Below the pieces are notes generated by a model, which ran no database searches, was not told where the DNA came from, and saw nothing but the letters and a program-made list of their open reading frames with translations. 64,000 bases of DNA from a virus. The DNA is taken from IMG/VR virus record IMGVR_UViG_3300023096_000002, positions 6,894 through 70,893 of that record; one strand, given 5' to 3'. Positions within the stretch are counted from its first letter, which is position 1, and each line of letters begins with the position of its first letter. Positions 29,967-39,900 of this stretch are shown one piece after another. The position numbers and the translations under genes were made by a program.

Positions 29967-30182
29967 CTAATATTCACCAACAATCATGTATACCGCACTA
30001 CAAAACCTCCCGTCATGCCAGTCCAGCGCTACACCATTCCAGCAATACTGTTCGCTTAGGCCATAGGCAAAGGACCGCGCTCCCTCGCTCCGGTATAGTT
30101 CAACCGTGCTCCAAGCCCCGCCAGCATATGAGCAAGCGACTGCTAATGTAATTGCACACCATTTTACTAGTCTATTAGTCAT
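29967..30182 (-). CDS. Small exported/membrane early protein
   Basis: Signal-like N-terminus; Cys pair. Confidence 0.5.
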   Translation of the reverse strand: MTNRLVKWCAITLAVACSYAGGAWSTVELYRSEGARSFAYGLSEQYCWNGVALDWHDGRFCSAVYMIVGEY

Positions 30183-30252
30183 AATTTACCCCAAAGTTAA
30201 AACGAGTTTAAAATTTTACACACAACCGTGAGCAAGTGAACCCTAATACAAC

Positions 30253-30627
30253 CTATACGTCATCACCCCATTGCCGCCGGACCGCCCTCAGCCTCTCCGT
30301 TTGCAGCGCCTTCCGCTCCTTCGGTAACCACACTTTGCTAATGAATATAGTTAACTTCTCGTTAACATCAATTTCCGCATCACAATCGCAGGCCTGCAAC
30401 TGTTCAAGCAAAGGTTGCAGCATATCCTCCCGTGCAACCGTTATCACTGGGTTAACCCATTTAACGTCCACTCCCAAGGTATAGCCCGCCAGCGTTACCG
30501 CTTTCTTAATACGTTGCGTTCCGCTCCGCCGCGTTGCGCCGGGTTCATGCCGCCTACCGCTCATGGGCATGCGGGCAATCTTGTCGCTCCTAACCCGACG
30601 GGTGGAGTTTTCACTACGCTTTGTCAT
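30253..30627 (-). CDS. Basic hypothetical early protein
   Basis: ORF track; overlaps the upstream gene. Confidence 0.5.
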   Translation of the reverse strand: MTKRSENSTRRVRSDKIARMPMSGRRHEPGATRRSGTQRIKKAVTLAGYTLGVDVKWVNPVITVAREDMLQPLLEQLQACDCDAEIDVNEKLTIFISKVWLPKERKALQTERLRAVRRQWGDDV

Positions 30628-30814
30628 TTCTATACTTCCCGTTCATTATTTTATGCACCGCTTTATTGTACTGACTGCGACTTATATTGCCGTTGCGGTA
30701 TTCCGTAGTTAGCTCCGCATGAGTTTTACATCGCTCAAGTATCGCTGCATACTCTTCAACTGTCGCATCATTTACTTGCTGTTTCTTTTTCACAGTAACC
30801 CTCTTCAACGCCAA
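30614..30814 (-). CDS. Hypothetical early protein
   Basis: ORF track. Confidence 0.45.
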   Translation of the reverse strand: MALKRVTVKKKQQVNDATVEEYAAILERCKTHAELTTEYRNGNISRSQYNKAVHKIMNGKYRNDKA

Positions 30815-30863
30815 TAGCGGGCCAGTATAAACCAGCCCGCTCCCAACAACAACACGCTACACT

Positions 30864-31070
30864 TCAACGGTATGCTTCACTCCGCAAGCAAGTCAACAAC
30901 CGCCAATCCGCCGGTATGACCGCGCCCTTGAACGCTGCAGTACAATCATCACCGCTCCCGGCAATATATACTTCACCTGTCCAAGTAACGGCAAACAAGT
31001 CAACATTGGTATGCAACGGGGTCGCCCCGACCAGCCCTGCCATGAGCGCGATAGTTAAAGTTTTAATCAT
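30864..31070 (-). CDS. Small secreted early protein
   Basis: Likely start MIKTLTIALMAGLVGA (signal peptide); 2 Cys. Confidence 0.55.
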   Translation of the reverse strand: MIKTLTIALMAGLVGATPLHTNVDLFAVTWTGEVYIAGSGDDCTAAFKGAVIPADWRLLTCLRSEAYR

Positions 31071-31338
31071 TGGTAATGCTCCAGCTAAAATGCCGCTCGC
31101 CTTTTGGTCCAAGCGTGTAACCCCTGTTATACCCCTGCTCCCGCACGAACGCCTTAGCTTCCGCCACGGTTGCACACTCCGGACTTGCATACAAATCCGC
31201 GTATGGTGCCGACGGGTGGCTTTCCAGACCGTAATACCCCGCAACCTCCGCAAGCCATGCCCTATAGCTGGCGTCCGTTACCGGCTCCGGCGGGCGCTTT
31301 GGGTAGGCGTCCACATACCGCACAAAAGCCTTAACCAT
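31063..31338 (-). CDS. Hypothetical early protein
   Basis: Likely start MVKAFVRY; overlaps neighbours. Confidence 0.55.
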   Translation of the reverse strand: MVKAFVRYVDAYPKRPPEPVTDASYRAWLAEVAGYYGLESHPSAPYADLYASPECATVAEAKAFVREQGYNRGYTLGPKGERHFSWSITND

Positions 31339-31552
31339 TGATTTGTGCCTTTTCAACTTCGCTCAGCGCCAGCATGTCCGGCGCTTGCAATTCAACAATA
31401 TACTTAACTCCGGGGTTTTCACCTTGCGGGACAAATCCCAGCGCAGGCAATTCGCACAAATATTCAAAAGCGGCGTCCGCGTCGGCAAACGGACCAATAT
31501 AGGCGGTTTCAAGGTTAAGCTTGCCGTGCTCGCGGAAAATGACCATATGCAT
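31331..31552 (-). CDS. Hypothetical early protein (IGPF motif)
   Basis: AAGGA upstream; coupled to neighbours. Confidence 0.55.
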   Translation of the reverse strand: MHMVIFREHGKLNLETAYIGPFADADAAFEYLCELPALGFVPQGENPGVKYIVELQAPDMLALSEVEKAQING

Positions 31553-31570
31553 TTTAACTAATCCTTTTGG

Positions 31571-31798
31571 TTAATTGTCAATCGCCGCCAGCTGTTTTAG
31601 CAAGTCGGCACGTTCAGCCATGACGGCCTCATGGCGCGTGGTATTGTTCGCCAAATGGCGGGTCAGCATTTCGCGGGCAATGTCAATGGGGTTCGCCATG
31701 CCGCTACGAAACAGGAAAATGACCACGGCCTTTTCATGGCCTATAAGCTCGCGCTTAATTACGGTTTCAACCTCAGCCTTAATATTAATCGCGCTCAT
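31571..31798 (-). CDS. Hypothetical early protein
   Basis: AGGAGG RBS. Confidence 0.6.
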   Translation of the reverse strand: MSAINIKAEVETVIKRELIGHEKAVVIFLFRSGMANPIDIAREMLTRHLANNTTRHEAVMAERADLLKQLAAIDN

Positions 31799-31887
31799 TA
31801 TTTTGCCTCCTTGCGGCGTTTCAGCTCAGCAACCGCTTCCGGGGTCGCCATTTTAAGCAATACGTGGAGCGGCATGTTGGTCAGCAT
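31798..31887 (-). CDS. 29-aa peptide, not in ORF track
   Basis: MLTNMPLHVLLKMATPEAVAELKRRKEAK*; TAATG-coupled at both ends. Confidence 0.55.
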   Translation of the reverse strand: MLTNMPLHVLLKMATPEAVAELKRRKEAK

Positions 31888-32117
31888 TAGTTCAGCTCCC
31901 AACGTGCCCAAAGTGCATCCTGTATGTCAAGCGGCAAACTTTCAAACAATGCCGTCTGCTCCGGCTCATTGCCTGCCAGTGAGGCAAAGCGGTTTGCCAG
32001 CCATTCAATACTAGGAGTGTTGTCGCTTGTGGGCTTGCGCACAAAAGGACCGTGAGCGGCAGGGCGGGCCAGACCCGCGACATTTGCATCATGAACGTAG
32101 TTAGGGACTTTAGCCAT
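31887..32117 (-). CDS. Hypothetical early protein
   Basis: First gene of the small-gene cluster. Confidence 0.5.
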   Translation of the reverse strand: MAKVPNYVHDANVAGLARPAAHGPFVRKPTSDNTPSIEWLANRFASLAGNEPEQTALFESLPLDIQDALWARWELN

Positions 32118-32551
32118 ATCAGTGAACCCAGCGGCCTAATGCCGTGAGAGCAATATGCGCCTGATCCGTTAAGAAAACAATAACAAACTCATCGCAATTG
32201 TATATATCGTTGACTTATTCAGCATAGCCCCTATTCCCGCCATACAAGCCCGCCAGCGGACGTTTGGGTTTTCCGGTACTACCACCCGAAACTTCCCGCC
32301 GTCGCGATCTCGGTATTTTTTGGTTGTAAATGCCTTCCAAGTCCTGCAACCTATGGGACGTTATGCCCGTATCCCGCCATACAAGCCCAAGGGCGCGTTC
32401 CTCCTGTTTTCCATACCGTAGGCCATCCACACCCGACGAAGTCCGCTGGCGGGCTCCTGTATAGCCTGTTTTCCGGCGGGAGTGCGCCTGTATACCGCTG
32501 GCGGCACGGCTTGCCCTACCAAAGCCCGGTATGCGCCGCGCCACAAACGGC

Positions 32552-32577
32552 AAAAGGCGGGCTACAGGAGCCCGCCT
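32552..32577 (-). terminator. Intrinsic terminator
   Basis: AGGCGGGCT...AGCCCGCCT followed by TTT on the minus strand, after the DUF2786 gene. Confidence 0.7.
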
Positions 32578-32604
32578 AAGCGTTTTAAAGGTATGGTTGG
32601 CGGT

Positions 32605-33345
32605 TTATGCCGCGCTATCTGCAATGCGCGCCTGCCCTGCCGTCTGGCCCGCTACTTGCTTTTCCAGCTTTACGTTTGCGGCCGCATCCTTGTGGCGGTT
32701 TCCGCCAGCGCCAATCTTGCCGCTCTTTGCCGTGCCAAGGTTCAGGGTCGCAAGGTAGGCCTGCAACTCATCCACTTTGGTCAGGGCCATTTCACCCTTT
32801 TTGCCTTTTTGTTCCAAGTCGTGCGCCATGCGCTCCGCTACCAGCTTCGTCAGGCGGAAGCTCAGGGCATGGCTTACTTTCCGCGTATGCCGCTTGGCAT
32901 TCATGTCGCCGTCGGTTGCAAAAAGCTTGGCTCCTGCAGCCTTGCATTGTGCGACGATGAACGGATACATTTCACCGGCGGTAATGCGGGCACTTTCGCG
33001 GCCTACAAAGTCAAAGCGTACACCCGTCGGGGTTGTGGTCATCATGCAGGACGCGCCGTAGTAATTCGCAATCGCGTTAATCAGGTACTTCTTCCACGTT
33101 ACCGGGTTCTTGTTCGTGGCCCATGCTGGCGTCTGGCCCATTGGGTCTTCCTTGTCGCGTAGTTCCCAATGCTGCAGTTGGTATTTCGCCATCAGCTCCA
33201 TCGCCTTTGTCATAAAGGCTTCGGCTTCGTGTTCGTTGTCAGTGCCCGTTGCCTTGGCGAGCAGGGCGGCGATCTTTGCCTTCATGCCTTCGTCGGCGAC
33301 AGGAGCGGCATTTTCGGTCGTGGCAGTTGCGTTCTTTACGGTCAT
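32605..33345 (-). CDS. DUF2786-domain protein
   Basis: KIAALLAKATGTDNEHEAEAFMTKAMELMAKYQL. Confidence 0.8.
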   Translation of the reverse strand: MTVKNATATTENAAPVADEGMKAKIAALLAKATGTDNEHEAEAFMTKAMELMAKYQLQHWELRDKEDPMGQTPAWATNKNPVTWKKYLINAIANYYGASCMMTTTPTGVRFDFVGRESARITAGEMYPFIVAQCKAAGAKLFATDGDMNAKRHTRKVSHALSFRLTKLVAERMAHDLEQKGKKGEMALTKVDELQAYLATLNLGTAKSGKIGAGGNRHKDAAANVKLEKQVAGQTAGQARIADSAA

Positions 33346-33719
33346 TACAAAACCCCTTTTGGTGTGACCCCAGACCGTGATTGGCTGGTGTGACTATTAC
33401 TGTAGGAATATATTCGGGCCGTGCAACCGAATTCTCCGGTGCTGACGAGAATAATGATTTAATAAAATGCCGCATGATCCCGCCCTATATATAATGTGTA
33501 GGGATTTCCCGGCGCATGCTGCCCAAAAGGCCGACAGGGCCATATCCCGCCATACAAGCCCGTACACGGAGATCTCCGGTTTCCGGTACTCCTACCCGAA
33601 AAATCCGCTATCGCCGATCTACTTGTTTTCATTGGGATATTAGCCTCAGCTGATATTGCTCGGCGGCAGTATGGTTCACGGACCGTTAAACCTGCCGATT
33701 TGTCCGTTAACCAAGGACC

Positions 33720-33915
33720 GCGAGCCTTTGATTAAAATGCAACATTCCTGATCCAAGCCATTTGATTAAAATGCCACTGAGTTCAGTTTTACTCTCAATT
33801 ACCTAAAACTTTAATGAACCGCACTTAGTTCAAATTTGAAGTGCATTTTACTAAAGTTTTATGGACCGCACTTTAATAAAATGCGATCCACATTTAATTA
33901 AAATTTGAACTAATC
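33720..33915. repeat. AT-rich tract with short direct repeats
   Basis: TTTGATTAAAATGC x2, ACCGCACTT x2, AAATTTGAA x2. Confidence 0.6.
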
Positions 33916-33920
33916 TACGA

Positions 33921-36900
33921 TCATGTCGGAGGCGGAATGATCGTGATGGCGTCGTCGCCAGTCATGACGGTTTCCTCCGACGGCATCATCGCGCAATCCT
34001 CGTAAGCCTTCGCGAGTGCGCCGACAACATAGGCTGAGCCCTGCATTACCATCGCCGCTGATCGATCAGAATGATAGAACGATTTAAATCCATCCTCAAG
34101 AGCGACTTGAGATTGCTTTAGGCTCATCGCCATCGAGAAGAGGAATGTTCTGCTAGGCATCAGAAACCATCCCCGAGTTTCGCCATCAGATCGGCAAGCT
34201 TCAGCTCATCATCGTAGCTTTCCATGTCGCAGAGGCAATCGACATACGCCACCCAGATGTCACTGTTGAGCCTGTTAGCCAGCTCCTCAGGCCACGCCTC
34301 CCGGAGCATCGCCACGGTATTCCCTGCAATTTTCACATCTGCCATTTGTTCTCTCCTGTGTGATATTGGACCGGTCATTGGACCGGTCGTTCAACCAAGC
34401 CGGTCATTGGACCGGTCATCATATCGGACCGGTCACTCCGAGGAAGCTGGACCGGTCGTCGCTGGGACCTTTCTACCCCACCGGTCATAATCCCGACCGG
34501 TCACCGCCCAAAAATCCTCGTAATTTTTTGGGCTCTTTTTCATTAGCTCATTTTCATAATTGACGATGTCATTGAGGCATGCCGTGGCGTTATCAAGGAT
34601 GCGCTCATGTCCATCTATGTCACGCCAAACGTGAGCCGTGAAGAACCCGCCATTGTCTCGGCTGTCACCCTGACGAGTACTCATATGAATAGCATACTCT
34701 TCACGAGTGCGCGGCTTCCGTGGGAAAATCTGTTCTTCGACGACCGGACCATTCTTAGCGAAGAACTCCGCACGGACATTCCCCTGCTTGTCGTCATCCT
34801 TGAACACCAGCTCTACGACGTACTTTGTGTTCTTGTCAAGCACCAGTTCATTGTAGTGCGCATCGGCCAGCTTTTCCGCATAGCTGCCGGTGATCACGGT
34901 GTTCGTGGTATTGCCATAGTTGTTCACGCTGACAACGCTGTATCGGATTTTAAGTGTCATTCTTCTTCAACTCCTCTGCGCACTGTTCTCTGGTCGGGAA
35001 GACAACGCCCTCGCCGAACCGCCATTCAAAAATGCAGCAATCACCGCTGTCGGTGATCATAACCTTGCTGACCATGCCGCACTGCCCGCCGACGCTCTCG
35101 GTGATCCGCTTGGCTTCCTTCACGCACTTTTCCGCTTCGTCGTTGCGCAGCTCATATTCATAGTGCTCGCCGTACCAAACGACGAGATTGCATGGTCCGA
35201 GTGTGCTCATTTCAATATTCCCACTTTCCACCATCATCGCCGTCGATATCTTCATCAGCGTGATAGTTCGAGTCCGTTAAAACTTCCGGCCGGTACTTCG
35301 CCATTTCGGTGTCATGGCAAACGTCACAGGACCGGCACAATTCAATGCCGCGTGCATCATAGTTCCAGGAGGACTCCTGACCGCTACCGCATGGGCATGG
35401 ATGACTACGATAACCCATATCAATTCTCCTTGGGCAAGTCGTTGCGATCAAAGGCAATCTTCTCGCCTTTAACCATGATCACCAGAGGCACCGGAGACCA
35501 CTTCTTCGGGTTCGTGCTGCCGTTCTGTTCGAGCTGCGTCCAGTCCTCGTAAATGCGCCGGTAGCAGGTCTCGCCCTCACGCTTTACAAGGTATGCACTT
35601 TCAACCCTGCCGTACACCATACGACGACCGCGCTGTGGGCTTTTCTTGAGGAACTTCATTGCCTTAACCCCTTGTGGAACTGCTCCCACAATATAGGAAA
35701 CCCCGGACAATGCAATGCACGATCCGGGGAGTGTTGAGGGTTAGCGCGGGTTCTTTGGATGCCCTATCGGATACAGCTCAGTGTCATCCGGATTGGGGTC
35801 GACGAACCGTCTCCCAGCCAGCCCTTGAGCTATGAGATGCTTTTCCAGTGGCAATGGCGGCGTCATACCGCCCTCCATCATCTTCTGCCAGCCGCCGATC
35901 GCTTCGTTGCTGTTTTCACCGTAGATGTATTCAATAACCTTACGATAAAGTTCCGGCTCAGGTTCTAGCTGCGGACTGGGATAGACGCCATAGAACGCCA
36001 TGCCGATCCGCTCGATCATGCCAGCCTCACCAGTGAGCAGGGCAGCGACGACGCGTGCTCCAAGCTCAGCGGTTTCACCTTTCATATCATGCAACGCATC
36101 GAACAATTTTGTTGCGTCAACTTCAAAGGTGACCTTATGCATCGCCGCGCTCCAATGCTGCATAGTAGACCTTGCCCTGAACTTCCGCAGCCGCTGGAGT
36201 TTCGAACGGTCCATTGCGCTTGCCGCTATCGTCGATCCAATACCAGCCGTCAGAGCCTAGCTCGATCAGATCAGCAAAGCCCTGCTCCGGCTCCAGCTTG
36301 ACAGGTATCGGATTTATCCGCAAGTGATCCAGGTTCGGCAATGTCTTATCCGGATCAGTAGTGATTGACTTGGTGAGCTGATCATAAACCAACTCACGCT
36401 TTTTGGCGATGATCTCATGCACCAAATCCACGATGCTGGCGATCTCCTCTTCGCCGTCCGCGATGCTGACACCGCCGCCATCCCGGCTCAGGCGATCGAC
36501 GAGCGGATAATAACCCTGCTGATCCGGGTCCATCATATTGGATAATTCATGTGTCCGCAGAGCGTCAAAAATTTCCCGCCACAAAGGTGTCGCATTTGAC
36601 CGGAAGTTTTCCTGCAGGGCGTTGTCACTGATCGGGCGTGGCTTCTTCGGCTCCAGCCTCCGCTCCACCTGATCAAGGATCGCCTGCATATCGCTCAGAT
36701 CGCTCATGCCCAAAGGATGGAAGATTTGCAGCATCATGTTCGGGCCGACCGTATACGGATGAGTACCCTCCTTCTTCCGCTGGTATTCCACTCCAAGGTC
36801 AAACGCCTTGCATTCATCGTTCGTCATCTTTTTCCCGTCACGTTGTAACACGGTAAGTCCTTTCGTACATATCCTTGAAGTCAGGGTATTCTGCTTCAAT

Positions 36901-39900
36901 CTTCGCAAGCACTTCAAGCCGAGCCCTCCGCATATAATCACGGACAGGGCTCGGTTTACTTTCCGCAGTCGCCGCCTGCATCCGCTTGGTGATATAATAC
37001 TTCCGCCAAGCGTTATCGCGCTGCTCATTGTTTTTGGTGTCGCGCTCCTTGAGGTACGCGTCCACCATTTCTTTATCGTCCATTCCGGATACGCTCCATT
37101 TCATCGTAAATGCGCTTGAACTCCGGAAACTCCGCTTCCATAGCCTCAGCGCGCCGCAGATAGGACGCTTGGCTCATGGCAGTGAACTCAGGCGTCCAGG
37201 ATGAATTACCGACTTTCATACGGAACCTGAACCGTCGATAATTCCGAAAGGCCGCTTGTTTCAGCTTCAAGCTGTCATCTTCATCGGACACCGTCATACC
37301 CCTCCGGATAGGGAATGCAACGAATGGTCACATCGGCAATGCCGCGCTCCACATCGCGCTCCGTCAACAGTCTGGCGTCAGCGTGCGCCTTCGCCTTGGA
37401 CCACGATTTAAGGTCGCTGGTAACGTTCCATTCACCCTTGCGAGTGAACACGCAAACCCAAACGCCTTGATCCCAATGCGCTGGTCTTGCACCTTCCTCC
37501 ATAGGAACCTCAATCACGGTCGGCCACTTCACATGCCGCTGATCGTGCTCCTTGAACCGCTCCACAAAGCGCATGATCTCGTGCTCGTGGTTGAAGCAGC
37601 TCACAAAGCTCCAGTCGCCATACTGTTCATACATGACCGCCTTAAAGGTCGTGCCGTTTCCCCCAAGGACCATGATCAAAACTCCGTTATAAGGAAGGGC
37701 CAATCAACTTCCATGAACACGTTGCTCATGACAGTGCCGCCCGGAACATAGGCATAAATCTTATCATCGCGGCAAACCAAGTGATGATTGATTATATCAA
37801 TAGAAATCCCACCTTCTGCGTGGAGCTCGCCGCCCTTGCCTAGCAGGCGAACGTGAATAGTCTTCTTCGTTACTTCGACCACGATAATCCCCTTTTCTGT
37901 CAGTTGTAGAACCGACGCCGTGCCGCGCTGCCGTGCTTGGCTCAGGCGGCGTGTACTCTTACAAGTGCATACTACGGAACAATTTGGCATTATACAACCT
38001 CAACTCCTCCATATGCGTCATCCAATAATGTACGGACCATGAAGCCTCAGAAGCCAAGTCCCAACCGAGGTATGAGATATCCGCAGCCTCGTCGAACCAG
38101 ACACAATCACCGCCCATGATCTCCTGCTTGGTGACGAAGCTCAGTCCCTGCCGGTATTCAAAAACCGGTTCCGTCCGCGCCATCAAATTGACCAGTCCAG
38201 TCATTACTTTTTGGGCCGTCCAATTCCATCTTTCGGCTTCATATGGACGCCAACTCTGAACCTCAGCCGACCGCGAGGAGTACCCTTCCGGAAGCTTCTG
38301 ATGTATCCGTCTTTGACGACCCACACTGTCAAGTTCGAAGGAAAGCCAACGCCTTTCGTTTTCCATATTATCTCCATCTGCTCCTTCAAACTAAGTGGCG
38401 GCAAACGTCTACGCCAACGGACGTAAATGCGGCCCGCCACGCGCTACAGCTCGTAGTAGGCGGGCAAGTACCGGCTACGGCCATGATAGCTGTGTATGGC
38501 CGTGTGCAACGGTCCTAGCACTGGTGCAGGGGCTGCTGGTGCCGTTGGCTTGCCCGCATAGGCTGGACCCTTTTTCTTGGTAGGCCATGCACGTTTATTG
38601 ACTTTGACTGGCACATCATAATGATGTATCATCATGCGGAGCTGACCTTCCGTATGCGCCGGGAATTCAACCCGCACAACCTCAAGAAGCTCAATCGCCG
38701 TAAGGTGAGTGTTCGCTCTAGCGATCGCGAGGATGCGCTGGTTCTTGATGCTCTTCGGCTGCAGATGCCGGAACCTACCTCGACCGCTCATCGGGTCACC
38801 ATCGCGCCGATAGTGCAAGCGACGCTCAGAGCGCTGAAGAACACCGAAGTCAGAATGAGCAGGATGGTGCGATCGTTGGCGGCGCGGAACCATTCCTTGA
38901 AACGCTCGGTGACCCCCTTTTCATTTGGCAGGATGACGATCTTACGCCCCTCCTCCATCGCCACTATCTGTTCCCGCTGGATCGACCGCTTGCTTTCCAG
39001 CACCTTGAGAACTTGCTCGTCGCCTGTCCCTATCACTTCGATGATCTGTATTGGCACTCCGCCTTCAGCGCGGTAAAACCGGTTCAGCGTATCCTTCTGC
39101 ATCGGAGTGACTGGCCTACGCCAACGGTTATCGTTCAGCCAGTTTTCAATATGCACCAGCTTCAGATAATTGGCAGCGACGTTGCCTTCATCACGCGGCA
39201 GGTTCGCACCGAACTGGATTGCCGGAACAATGCGATCGAGGAGCTCCTGCCAGCCGTATCCGTCGCCAGCGTATTCTTCCAGCCCGAGCTCACGGTCCAA
39301 CATGCCGGAGTGCAGGCACTCTACCTCAACTTCCCAATCGACGATCGGGTCCGGATGATGCCCAAAACGGTAGAGCGTTTTTGGGTCAATCACCGACTCA
39401 CTGCTCTGGCGAGCACCTGCCATGAAGTCTTTCATCTCATCATCAAATGTCATAAGAATACTTCCCCTTGAAATAATAGGGACCGCTAATGATCCCTGTG
39501 ATGTTGATAATATCATGCACATCAAGGACGCCCTTATCATAGAGCGTCCTCAACAGTTTCTTGTTCATGAGCGAGGCGGTGATATGCGTGAACATATCCT
39601 CCTCAGTCCAACGATAGGGCCAGCCGTTCGCCGCCTCAAAGCGTAGGAAATCTTCTTCAATTTCCATGACAGGCTCTTCAGATTTGACAATCACCGTCCG
39701 CATAATTGGATTATACTTATTCAGGAAGCTCTGAGCCTCCTTCAACAATGTGTTAGCTTCCGCAGGGGTCGCCAGCTTCAAAATCTGGAAGCATAGCTCT
39801 CTGATGATAGGAACGGCTTCCTCAAGCTCTCTGGCCATCTTCAGCCTCCACTTGATCAAGCTCAAGGTCCGAGATGCAGCCAGTGCGATCCCAGACCACC

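Larger units (their letters stand above)
32231..33625. repeat. Dispersed ~80-bp imperfect element (2 full copies and 1 core)
   Basis: TCCCGCCATACAAGCCC at 32235, 32372 and 33545; downstream blocks keep identical spacing in the two full copies. Confidence 0.8.

Noticed and set aside
29780-33350. Ordinary restriction-site avoidance or low GC as the cause of GA depletion
   Set aside because: The bias is on one strand only, and the GC-rich DUF2786 gene shows it strongly.
34369-34502. Possible CRISPR or mini-array
   Set aside because: Repeats are only 8-10 bp with 4-20 bp irregular spacers, and no cas genes are present.
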